NCBI GenBank assembly: GCA_001661245.1
Contig: KV454014.1
Span: forward strand, 822,954-886,953
DNA from: Pachysolen tannophilus NRRL Y-2460
Lineage: Eukaryota
Direction: 5' to 3'
DNA length: 64,000 nucleotides
The translations under genes and the position numbers were made by a program. Shown piece by piece: positions 35,107 through 45,205 of the stretch. The notes under the pieces are model-generated. The model saw nothing but the letters and a program-made list of their open reading frames with translations, made no database searches and was not told where the DNA came from. The stretch's first letter is position 1, and every line of letters starts with the position of its first letter.

Positions 35107-36126
35107 TTAATCACTATCATTATCAATGTCATCAGATTTTTGTTTTTTAACATTTTTTACATTATTTTCATCAATTTGATGAAATACATACATTCTTGCA
35201 TTTCTTTTATCTGCAGGTTTTGTAGTATCTTTTGTAGTTCCATTTGTTCTTCTATGATGATAACCTGGGAATAATTCCCATTTAAAAACTCCTGATCTTG
35301 TGACTTTATAGTTAAAATTCTTGGCAATTTTTTTGATTTGCCATGAATCATAAGGTTCACCTTCGAAAAGTGTTATTATTATACCATTGTTGTTGTTGTT
35401 GTCAATGTTGTTGTCAATGTTGTTATTAGTGGTTCTTAGTATCAGTCTATTTTCCAGTAATAAATCGAAAAACTGTTTACAAGATTGGAAAAACCCAGAG
35501 ATTAACAATTGGTGTTGTCTAATATTCCTATCAATATCTTTAATTCTTTCACCCAAGTGTGGGAAATTAAACATTATATAATCAATTTGCAAATTTTTAT
35601 TATCATTCAAGATCATTGTATTTTTAAATTTATTTTTTAATAAATGTTTAGATTTGATTAATTTCAAAGATCCAACTAAATCTGTAGCATCAATCTTATA
35701 CATCACTTTAACTTTTCTTTCTTTTAAAAATTCTAAATTTTCATTTATAGAATCATCATATTTTATTTCTAAATCTTCAATAGTATCAAGACATGTAGAA
35801 ATTAAATTCTCTGGATCAACACGTCCAGCTTCTACAATACTCTTACTAAACGAAAAATCTCCTTCTCCAACTAAAATCATCTTATCCTGAGAAGAAAAAG
35901 GTATAAAAAATTGATTAAATTGTACCGGTTTAACCAGTTTAGTACCGCTTAAAGAAAAATTTCCTTCCTTTACCTTTCCCTTACTCTTTCCCTTATTTTT
36001 CAACTGTTCTTGTCTCAGTAGCTGAAGCAGCAGCAGCAGCTGCTGCTGCTGCTTCAGCTGATGGCTTAAAAGCGACCCTTTCAACCCTCCAACCTTCTTA
36101 CCAGTCCGTCCACTCTTCTTGCCCAT
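35107..36126 (-). CDS. BMT5: 25S rRNA m3U2634 methyltransferase (DUF2431)
   Basis: ILVGEGDFSFSKS, IDATDL, FNFPHLG, ITLFEGEPYDSW, PGYHHRRT. ATG at 36126. Confidence 0.9.
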   Translation of the reverse strand: MGKKSGRTGKKVGGLKGSLLSHQLKQQQQLLLLLQLLRQEQLKNKGKSKGKVKEGNFSLSGTKLVKPVQFNQFFIPFSSQDKMILVGEGDFSFSKSIVEAGRVDPENLISTCLDTIEDLEIKYDDSINENLEFLKERKVKVMYKIDATDLVGSLKLIKSKHLLKNKFKNTMILNDNKNLQIDYIMFNFPHLGERIKDIDRNIRQHQLLISGFFQSCKQFFDLLLENRLILRTTNNNIDNNIDNNNNNGIIITLFEGEPYDSWQIKKIAKNFNYKVTRSGVFKWELFPGYHHRRTNGTTKDTTKPADKRNARMYVFHQIDENNVKNVKKQKSDDIDNDSD

Positions 36127-36190
36127 ACTATCTATTTCGATAATTTTAAACTCATTCAATTCAATTCAATAGTACCGCAAAACTCTACAT

Positions 36191-36201
36191 AAAATTTTTC
36201 A
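36191..36201 (-). promoter_or_regulatory. RRPE motif upstream of BMT5
   Basis: TGAAAAATTTT about 65 bp upstream of the ATG of a ribosome-biogenesis gene. Confidence 0.6.
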
Positions 36202-36805
36202 CTTTTATTTTTTCCCCTTATTATTATTATAATAATAAAAATTTCACAGTTCTTCCAAAAACAGTAATAGCGTGCGGCTTATCATTTTTTTTATCATTTT
36301 ATATCAAAGTCGTCGTGTGACAAATTACAAAATTTCATCTTTCAATTTTTTTTTTCATCTTTTTTTGAGAGTTTCAGCACGACCACAGTTTCAGAGCGAA
36401 CGAAAAAAAAAAAAAACAAAAAAAAAAAAAATTTTTTTTTCAAACACTAAAAAAGATAGAACAGATTGGTGCAATAGAGATTGATCGATAATAGATATAA
36501 TATATAATATATAATATATATAATTATAATTATAATTATAATATTCATTTATTTCAATAATAATAAATTTATTATTATTATTATTATATCTATTATCATC
36601 TTTATTTATTATTCTTATAATAAATCTAGAATAATTTTTTAAAACTTTTTTTTTTTTTTCTTTTTTCTTTTTTTTATCTGATAATTTTTTTTTTTCTAGT
36701 TAGATTTTTTCCCTTCTTTTTTTTTCTTTCTTTTTTTGTTGGTTTTTTTTTTTGAGTTTTCTTTCAACGTTAATTCATCATCAAAACTATAGTTAAAACT
36801 AGATT

Positions 36806-37260
36806 NNNNNNNNNNNNNNNNNNNNNNNNNNNNNNNNNNNNNNNNNNNNNNNNNNNNNNNNNNNNNNNNNNNNNNNNNNNNNNNNNNNNNNNNNNNNNNN
36901 NNNNNNNNNNNNNNNNNNNNNNNNNNNNNNNNNNNNNNNNNNNNNNNNNNNNNNNNNNNNNNNNNNNNNNNNNNNNNNNNNNNNNNNNNNNNNNNNNNNN
37001 NNNNNNNNNNNNNNNNNNNNNNNNNNNNNNNNNNNNNNNNNNNNNNNNNNNNNNNNNNNNNNNNNNNNNNNNNNNNNNNNNNNNNNNNNNNNNNNNNNNN
37101 NNNNNNNNNNNNNNNNNNNNNNNNNNNNNNNNNNNNNNNNNNNNNNNNNNNNNNNNNNNNNNNNNNNNNNNNNNNNNNNNNNNNNNNNNNNNNNNNNNNN
37201 NNNNNNNNNNNNNNNNNNNNNNNNNNNNNNNNNNNNNNNNNNNNNNNNNNNNNNNNNNNN
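36806..37260. other. Assembly gap (N run)
   Basis: Both flanks carry aaaactagat next to the gap, so it may be smaller than shown. Confidence 1.
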
Positions 37261-37266
37261 AAAACT

Positions 37267-37306
<40 letters not shown>

Positions 37307-37371
37307 TTCTTAATTTGAGAAATTCATTGGAATCAATTTGATTTAATTTAATTTACTAGACAGGAAAAGAT

Positions 37372-38790
37372 ATGGGACAAATACTTTCTAAACCAAAGGT
37401 GGATAAATCGCCTGAAAAAGGTGGTGATTCCTTTGTTAGTTATGGTTTAACATGTATGCAAGGTTGGAGAATTAGTATGGAAGATTCTCATGCAACGATT
37501 TTATCATTGGAAAAATTTGGTCAAAATTTTCAAAAAGAGGATGATGAGGATAATAAGAATAAGAATAAGAATAATAATAATAATAATAATATAGGAAAAG
37601 ATGAGGGTGATATTAAAAATCAAGTTTCATTTTTTGGTGTTTATGATGGACATGGTGGTGAAAAAGTTGCTTTATTTACTGGTGAGAATTTACATAAAAT
37701 TATTCAAAATACAGATGCATTTAAACAATGTGATTATCCTAAAGCTTTAAAAGATGGGTTTTTAAATTGTGATGTTGCAATTTTAGAAGATGAAAATATG
37801 AAACATGATGAAAGTGGTTGTGCACTGACAACATGTATAATTACTAAAGAAAAAATTTATTGTGCCAATGCAGGTGATTCAAGAACAATAATGTCAGTAG
37901 ATGGTTCTCTGAAAGCATTATCATATGATCATAAACCTTCAAATGAAGGTGAAAAGGCAAGAATATGTGCTGCTGGTGGATTTGTTGATATTGGAAGAGT
38001 AAATGGTAATTTAGCACTTTCTAGAGGAATTGGTGATTTTGAATTTAAAAAATCAGTTAATTTACCACCAGAAGAACAAATTGTTACTGCTGATCCAGAT
38101 ATTATTGAACATATTAGTAATCCATTAACTGATGAATTCATTGTATTAGCATGTGATGGTATTTGGGATTGTTTAAGTTCTCAACAAGTAATTGATGTTG
38201 TTAGAAGAGGTATTACCGATAGGAAACCTTTAGAAGAAATTGGAAATATAATAATGGACATTTGTTTGGCTCCATCATCTGCAGGATCAGGTATTGGTTG
38301 TGATAATATGTCTGTCTGTATAGTTGCTCTATTACATGGTAAAACTTTACAAGAATGGTACGATTATGTAATCAACAAGATTGAAAATGAAAAAATTGGA
38401 AAAATTTCAATAGATTATGATGATTTATCAAAAGAATTATATGGTTTAACAATAGAAGAAAAATTAGCAAATGCTTTTTCAAATTCTAATGGTAATGATC
38501 TTGGTGATAGTTTATTACAAAATAGTCTTCACACTGAAGAAAATAATTCCCCATCTTCTGGAATAACCCCTGCATTGTCATTAGAACAATTATTACAAAG
38601 TGCTAATGGTGGTATTAAAGCTGAAAACGGTGTCATATACTTGGATACAGCCTCTGCAAGTGGTCTCTTGGCTTCATTGGGTGTTCATCATGGTTATTCA
38701 GATGATGACGATGATGATGTTGAAGGTGGAGATTCTCACCATGAAGACGTTCTTGAAGATGATTCAAAAATTGAAGAAGTTTCTGATTAA
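37372..38790 (+). CDS. PTC2: PP2C protein phosphatase Ptc2/Ptc3
   Basis: MGQILSKP, MQGWRISMEDSH, GVYDGHGG, NAGDSR, RVNGNLALSR, LACDGIWD, GCDNMS. Confidence 0.93.
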   Translation: MGQILSKPKVDKSPEKGGDSFVSYGLTCMQGWRISMEDSHATILSLEKFGQNFQKEDDEDNKNKNKNNNNNNNIGKDEGDIKNQVSFFGVYDGHGGEKVALFTGENLHKIIQNTDAFKQCDYPKALKDGFLNCDVAILEDENMKHDESGCALTTCIITKEKIYCANAGDSRTIMSVDGSLKALSYDHKPSNEGEKARICAAGGFVDIGRVNGNLALSRGIGDFEFKKSVNLPPEEQIVTADPDIIEHISNPLTDEFIVLACDGIWDCLSSQQVIDVVRRGITDRKPLEEIGNIIMDICLAPSSAGSGIGCDNMSVCIVALLHGKTLQEWYDYVINKIENEKIGKISIDYDDLSKELYGLTIEEKLANAFSNSNGNDLGDSLLQNSLHTEENNSPSSGITPALSLEQLLQSANGGIKAENGVIYLDTASASGLLASLGVHHGYSDDDDDDVEGGDSHHEDVLEDDSKIEEVSD

Positions 38791-39492
38791 CTATAGAAAA
38801 ACTTTCTTCTCTACAACATCAACAACAACATACTAAAGAAAAAAAAAAAGAAAAAAAAGAAGGAAAAAAAAACTTATAAAAATTACATTTAAAAATCTTT
38901 TTTTTTTTTAATTTTTTTAATTTTTTTAATTTTTACCGTCATAAATAATGGGATTAGATTCGACTTTAAAAAAAAAAAGAAAAAAATGAAAAAAGAGTTA
39001 TGGGAATTTTTAATAAAAAATTTTATATTTTTTAATTTTTAAACTAAGCTATTCTATTAGCTTTTTGTCTTCAAATGATTTGTTTTGTTTGTCGTTGTGT
39101 TGTTTTGTTTTGTTTGTTAATTTGTGTTTTTTTTTTTTTCTATTTTATTTTTATTCTTATTTTTTTTTATATTTTAGTCTTACGAAAATGATTTCTTTTC
39201 TTTTGGAAAACACCCATTTAAAAACACTTTTATTTTCACTTAACTAATGTGTTGATTCCTTTTAGTATTTATTCTATTTGTCATGTGTCAAATGAAAAGA
39301 GTTTTATTTTTATTTTTTTTTTTTTGAATTGTGTTCTTTTTATATATAATTACTATTCCATTATATATATATTAATTTTTTTTGAACTTGTATTTTTATA
39401 CAGAGAGATACATACATATATATAAAATGAAATTTTTTTAAAAAAAAACGAAGAAAATGAAAAAGAAATTGGCGTGAATGATAAACTCAGTT

Positions 39493-40792
39493 TTATTTAT
39501 TTTCAATCACTTGGTCCTGTTCCAGCTTCTGTTCTAGCATCTGTTCCAGTTCAATTTCAGTTTCAATCTCAAACAATTCACAACTATTTTTCCAACAAAT
39601 TTCTGCTATTTCTTCTGGATTTTTTTCTAATAGTTTACTAACAACCTCTGCAACAAATCCAATTAAACATGGTTCGTTTCTTGACTTGATCATTGGTTTT
39701 GAACGAATATCAATAAGTTCATTTCCATTTTCATGTGCTTCTTGCATCAAGTTCAGTATAAATTTATCATACTTGTCTCGTTTTATTACTGGGATTTTTA
39801 AAAAAGGACATCCCGGAATTTTTTCTATTTTCTTTAAACCTATATCCAGAGGATAAAATTTATTTGGATACTCTGTAATTAAACCATAACATGCATGTGA
39901 TTTTCTAATTTCGCACCATGGTGCATCTGTTTCTATCAATAATCTATTCAATGGAATCTTGGGTATATTTGCCAAGTTTTCCTCTGTTTTCAAAGAACAA
40001 CCATTTATACCAATATAAAAATCCAATTCCAAAAGTTTGGTCAATTCTTCAACTGTACCTGTAAATGAATGTACAACACCTTTCTTGGTTAATTTTTTAC
40101 CATCCAGTCTTGTTCCATGGTAAAAAGGTGTTATTATCTCTAAAAAATCATCACATGCATTTCTCATATGTAAAAAAAGTGGTAATTCTAATTCACTTGC
40201 AACAATTAATTGTTTCTCAAAAAATTCTTTTTGTAATGATTTTGGAGCATAATTTAATCTATCATAATCTAAACCAATTTCTCCAAAAGCTTTAACAATA
40301 TTTTTCAATTTCCCCTCTTGAGCCAATTTTTTTAAACGATTGAGTACCATTTCAGAACTTCCTCCCAGTGTTTCAAATTCTGTTACTGAACATGGATGAA
40401 CCCCTACAGTAGAATAAAGAAATCTATGATAATTTGGATCACTTGCAATATTTAGTGCCAGTCTAGACTCAGAAAGTGACGAACCAGTAATTAAAATCTT
40501 ACTAACATTGACTAGCCTTGCACGTTCCAAAACATCTTCCAAATCACTTGAATGATAATTCTTATCATTATATTCACCATGAAACATTCGATCCGTCAAA
40601 TTGACAGCTTAAAAAAAAATTCAAAAACGAACAAATTAGATGTTAGTCAACATGATTAACAAAAAACCAAAAAATAATACAAAAATAATTGATTTTTTGA
40701 AAAGAAAACTTACCAATATCGAAATACTTTGGTTGTTTTGAAACTTTCACTTGCGCCATCTTAGATGTTGACAAACTGAAGACCTTCTTCAT
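39493..40792 (-). CDS. TatD-family nuclease (YBL055C-like). Exons 40792 (or 40759)-40714 and 40607-39493
   Basis: Splicing gives YFDIAVNLTDRMFHG. STVGVHP, FGEIGLDYDR, LFLHMR, GVVHSFTG, IETDAPWC, RNEP. Confidence 0.9.
40608..40713 (-). other. Spliceosomal intron of TatD (106 nt), AAG acceptor
   Basis: GTAAGT...GACTAAC (40648-40642)...poly-T AAG. This is the first AG after the branch point and the join is in frame. Confidence 0.88.
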
Positions 40793-41218
40793 TTAACTAA
40801 CCTCAAACCTCGTAGAAGTATTAATTAAACTAACTATCTTTTAAACCATCATCATCATCAACATCATTATGTCTGAAAAATAGCCCCAATAAACAGTACA
40901 TGAAAGAGGTCGTGAGATTCTGTTTTCATAAGAAGCTCAAGACAATTGCAAAAGACGATGAAGAAGATGGTGTTGGTTACAACCAGTGGTGTGTATCATT
41001 ATTGACTGTGAATGGATAAGCTGAGTAAGACTTGTTGTTCTCTGTTTTTCTCTTTTTTGGCTTTTTTTCATTACGGTTAAGAGGTTTAAGGTTATAAATG
41101 TGTGAGACATTACAGTTTGTAGAATAATAGTAACATAACATTACAGTATTAAAATTAAAAAGTAAATTTGTAAAAATCAGTAAATTTCTGGGAGCTGGTT
41201 TCCTGTGAAATTAAAAGA

Positions 41219-42547
41219 TTAGTTTAAGGATAAGCCTAAAGCTTCACGCTGTGACTTTGAATTTGGATCAAATATTGGTAACTCAGCCAAAGACGTGACT
41301 CTGGTACCATGTCTTGGTTCATCATTTTCATAATCCCAAACAGCACAGTGTTGAGAGACTCTGTTGTCCCAAAGAGCAGAAGTTCCTAATCCAGATTTTG
41401 ATTTCCAATTGAATCTAACTTGGATATCCAAATTTTTCTCATATACGTCAAATAAATATTCCAAGATCAATTTTGATTCTGCTGGTTCTAAACCAACAAT
41501 CGATTTGGTCATTTGACGGTTTACATATAAAGATTTCCAACCTGTAACAGGATGAGTTCTAACAAGTGGGTGAACTCTTTCAATTGATTTTTTACCACCA
41601 AAAGGATCATCACGATCCAAATATTGATGAATTGAAACATAAACTGCTTCTTTGCCATCAAGGAATTGTTGTAATGCAGAAGATAATTTATCATATGCAG
41701 CATAACCAGATGACCATAATGTATCTCCTCCAACTTCTGGGATAGTATCATTGTGTAAATGAGTTATACCAGCTGGTTGAAATTCGTGAGATAGATCCGA
41801 GTGCCAAACACCTGTAGCTGTTCTTGATTGTTTAAATCTATACTTGACACCATTTTGAATCATATAATCTGGCCAAATAACAGTAGTACCAGCTAAACCA
41901 GGAACTCTAGGTTGTTGAGCATGAACTTCAACATTACCAAAATAATGACCCAATTCAACTTGTCTTTGAGGTGATAAATCTTGATCTCTAAAGAAAACAA
42001 CAATTCTTTCAGCAATTAATAATGCTAACTCATCCAATTGCTTTTCATTTAAAGACAGTAATTGAACACCAACCAATTCAGTTCCAAGATGTTTGCTTAA
42101 ATGTTTGACTTCTTTGACAGCACTAAATAATGCCTTCTTCTCAGGGTCGGCAAATTTACCTCTATCAACAAATGGAACTTCTGAATCTCTAATCTTGGTA
42201 GCATCTTGAACATAAATTGGAATATCAGAATCATTTGGAATTTCTGGATAACCTCTTGATATATCTATACCATATTTTTCCATTCTCTTCTTGGCCAGAG
42301 CGGGAAGTGGTACACGGTTATCCTTAAGTTTTTGCACCTTCAAAGAATGAAGTTGATTTACTACATCATCAATAGAAGGTTCTGGAGCAACCAACTTAAC
42401 AGGTTGATTTTTAGTCTTAGTTTCAATCGAGTGAATTGTAACCATAATCCATATTTCTTGAATCAATGAAAAATTCCTGGAATGAAAAAAATTCCTAGAC
42501 AAAAACTGAAAAGAAGAGAGAAAACTCTCAGCTATTAATACCACCAT
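41219..42547 (-). CDS. JLP1: Fe(II)/2-oxoglutarate-dependent sulfonate dioxygenase (TauD/Jlp1 family). Start is 42547 or 42445
   Basis: ERIVVFFRDQ, WHSDLSHE (HxD), GGDTLWSSGY, HPLVRTHPVTGWK, WDNRVSQH. Confidence 0.85.
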   Translation of the reverse strand: MVVLIAESFLSSFQFLSRNFFHSRNFSLIQEIWIMVTIHSIETKTKNQPVKLVAPEPSIDDVVNQLHSLKVQKLKDNRVPLPALAKKRMEKYGIDISRGYPEIPNDSDIPIYVQDATKIRDSEVPFVDRGKFADPEKKALFSAVKEVKHLSKHLGTELVGVQLLSLNEKQLDELALLIAERIVVFFRDQDLSPQRQVELGHYFGNVEVHAQQPRVPGLAGTTVIWPDYMIQNGVKYRFKQSRTATGVWHSDLSHEFQPAGITHLHNDTIPEVGGDTLWSSGYAAYDKLSSALQQFLDGKEAVYVSIHQYLDRDDPFGGKKSIERVHPLVRTHPVTGWKSLYVNRQMTKSIVGLEPAESKLILEYLFDVYEKNLDIQVRFNWKSKSGLGTSALWDNRVSQHCAVWDYENDEPRHGTRVTSLAELPIFDPNSKSQREALGLSLN

Positions 42548-42621
42548 CCATCGGCAAAAGCTAATGTCGTTTTTTTAATGAATTAAGGTAGAATTGAACT
42601 TAATTAAAGATAATAAAAAAA

Positions 42622-42904
42622 GCCACACTTTTTAAAGAGTTTTGAAAAAAAAGGCCATTCAAAAGTACTAAGAAATGAATATTTTATAATGATTTATAAA
42701 ACACCTAGTTGTCGTCGTTGTCTTTGTTGTCCATCACCTCAAAAACTTATTTCAAGTGTACCCTTATATCTCTGATCTCTGAAATCATCTAACTATCTTA
42801 ATATAGTATTCAATATACTCCAGTGATTGCATTCATTCTGATTGTAGTTTTCTCTTTTTTTTTTTATTTTTTGAAGTTTAGTATAATTGTAAGATCCACA
42901 GTTT
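42622..42904 (-). promoter_or_regulatory. Met31/Met32-type sites upstream of JLP1
   Basis: AAACTGTGG at 42896-42904 and AAAGTGTGGC at 42622-42631, both on the minus strand. Confidence 0.6.
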
Positions 42905-43024
42905 TTTTTTTTTCAACCCACCTTAAAAGAGGTGTTTTTGGGTCGATAGTTTCTTAGGTGAGATGAGCTTCAAGATCAGATCAATTTACCGAGACTACAA
43001 AGCAAATGTGGAAACTCTTTTATT

Positions 43025-44314
43025 TCAAAATTCTAAACTATTGAACTCACTAGCAATCTCATTCACGATATTTTTCTTAACTCCAAGAGGATTACTTTTA
43101 TCGTTGTCAGTATTGTTCAATTTCTTTTTCAAGAAATTGGCCATGTTTGAGATAATCATCTGTGATATTCCATCGTTTTGCCACCACTTTAATAGTGAAT
43201 CATAAATATTGAATCTAAAATTGGTTAGAATAGAGGAAATAATTAGGATAACCAATACAAGTATTATCAAGAGTTTTGAATAATTTTCAAAAATGGATTG
43301 AATACTTATAAACATGTCCTTTGCCATTCTTTGTAACTTTGTCTTGATTCTATAATGATCTATTGGTGTTATCTCTTTCAGACTTGAATTTAGATCAAAC
43401 CTATCTATTTTCTGATCCAATGAATTAAGTTTTTTCTTGTATGATTTTTTCAATAATTCAATTTCTTTCAGATTGTAAATTTTCAAGTCTGAAATATGAT
43501 TATTCAACTCCACCAACACTTTTTCTAAATCTTTAATTCTTTTATCCTTTTCTATTAATTCCTGTTTTAAATGAGTAATTTGTTCTTCATCTTGTTCCGT
43601 TGAATTTTTATTAAAATTTTTTTTCAATGCTGACTTTAATACTTTACCGTTTGGAGTCTTAACAACTCCATTAGTAGTTGCAGAACTATCTAAAGGAGGT
43701 TTAAAAATATTTTTAGTAATTGTACAATCCTCTTCTTCTTCAGTGGTTGAATTATTAGAAACGGGGGTTTTAATTTTTGAAGTTAAATTTGTAAAATCTA
43801 ATTTTCCAGCAACATCACTATTATCAAGCTTGTTATCGTTATAAATAGGTATCACTTTAGGAGTTTTTTTATGAGGCGAATATATAATTTGACAATTATC
43901 ATCTGTTTCTTCAACGTTTCCCAGTTCATTCATTGTAGTATTAGTAGTAGTAGTAGTAGTAGTAGTAGTAATAGCTGGGGTTGTAGGTGTCGTCGGTATA
44001 TTGTTCTCATTTTCCTTATTTTTCAATTCATCTTTCCTTATCTCAAATTCACTAACAAGGTCAACAATATGTTTATGAATCAACTTAAAATGGAAATAAT
44101 CCACATCTTTCTTGTAAATTTTAAAATTTGGCTTCAACTTGGTAAATTGTTTAAAAGCATCTAATTTTTTATCATCCTCATCATCTAATAAACTGTACAA
44201 TTTTTGATAAAATTCATAAATTTGAACTCCCTTTATAAAACCTTCATCTCCATTTTTATCCAAGCTGTCCCAAGCTTTCCCAATCAACTCAATAGAGATA
44301 TCACTAGCTGACAT
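43025..44314 (-). CDS. Coiled-coil protein with C-terminal TM helix, probably an Mps2-like spindle-pole-body/nuclear-envelope protein
   Basis: N-terminal AWDSLD..GFIKG recalls the Mps2 N-terminus. Central TP/SP-rich linker, coiled coil, TM LLIILVLVILIISSIL. Confidence 0.5.
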   Translation of the reverse strand: MSASDISIELIGKAWDSLDKNGDEGFIKGVQIYEFYQKLYSLLDDEDDKKLDAFKQFTKLKPNFKIYKKDVDYFHFKLIHKHIVDLVSEFEIRKDELKNKENENNIPTTPTTPAITTTTTTTTTNTTMNELGNVEETDDNCQIIYSPHKKTPKVIPIYNDNKLDNSDVAGKLDFTNLTSKIKTPVSNNSTTEEEEDCTITKNIFKPPLDSSATTNGVVKTPNGKVLKSALKKNFNKNSTEQDEEQITHLKQELIEKDKRIKDLEKVLVELNNHISDLKIYNLKEIELLKKSYKKKLNSLDQKIDRFDLNSSLKEITPIDHYRIKTKLQRMAKDMFISIQSIFENYSKLLIILVLVILIISSILTNFRFNIYDSLLKWWQNDGISQMIISNMANFLKKKLNNTDNDKSNPLGVKKNIVNEIASEFNSLEF

Positions 44315-44491
44315 TATTCAATTTATTATTCAAATTAAATATTTAATAGCATTTTATTAACCAAGTAGTGTGTGCATTTCAATTTGTATATTCAATATCT
44401 ATAATATATAAATTATATGATGATGAGCAAACTTGATTGATCTTCCTTTATCTAGTGAAATTGGATTGATGTGCTATAATTGAAGTGGATA

Positions 44492-44857
44492 ATGGGCTGG
44501 TTTGGTAATAGCGAGGCCGGTGATGGTTCATTAAGTATAAAAACTGATAATGACAATGTCAATAATAATGGCAATAATTCATCATCAGCTACAAATGTAT
44601 CCAACAAAGGTGATATAAATGAAGTTTCAGAATTTATTAATCAAGAGCCTAGAGCTGTTTATATAATTGATGGAGACAGAGATGCTCCTCATAGTATCAT
44701 TTGCAGAGATAAAGCTTCTGGAGGAGGCCAAACATGTATCAAATTACAATACAATTGTATTGAATTATTTAAAGCAATGCAAAAATTCAATTATTTCTGT
44801 GCATTACCGTCTAATAAAGTCGATGCTACTTATTTTGAGTGTAGAAAGATCTCATAG
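44492..44857 (+). CDS. Small uncharacterised Cys-containing protein (121 aa)
   Basis: ATG at 44492 in aATGg context. Low-complexity N-terminal half, globular-looking C-terminal half with 5 Cys. Confidence 0.7.
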   Translation: MGWFGNSEAGDGSLSIKTDNDNVNNNGNNSSSATNVSNKGDINEVSEFINQEPRAVYIIDGDRDAPHSIICRDKASGGGQTCIKLQYNCIELFKAMQKFNYFCALPSNKVDATYFECRKIS

Positions 44858-45205
44858 ACAAAGAAATTAAGTGTGATGGGCTTCTTAATTAGTTTAAAAG
44901 TCTTTTCAATTATACCAACCAATTTTTTTTTTTTTTTACTTTTATTTTATTTAATTGCTAAAAAACAATATATATATTTTATAGGCTACAAAAAAAATTC
45001 AATTAGGGGATTCTAATGAGCATAGTAGGAATGAAATATAGAAACTAGTTTATTCTCAAGTATTTTCACTTGTGCTTGAAATCAATTGGTTTTTATTTAA
45101 AGAAAAAAATAGATAAAACTTTTCAATATGCAAAGGAAATTTTCTTTAATTTCCCAATTTTTCTAATTTACTTTTTAAATTTTGAACACTTTATGGGTAT
45201 AATAA

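Noticed and set aside
42961..42970. PAC-like GATGAG motif
   Set aside because: Not positioned upstream of a ribosome-biogenesis gene, and a single short match.
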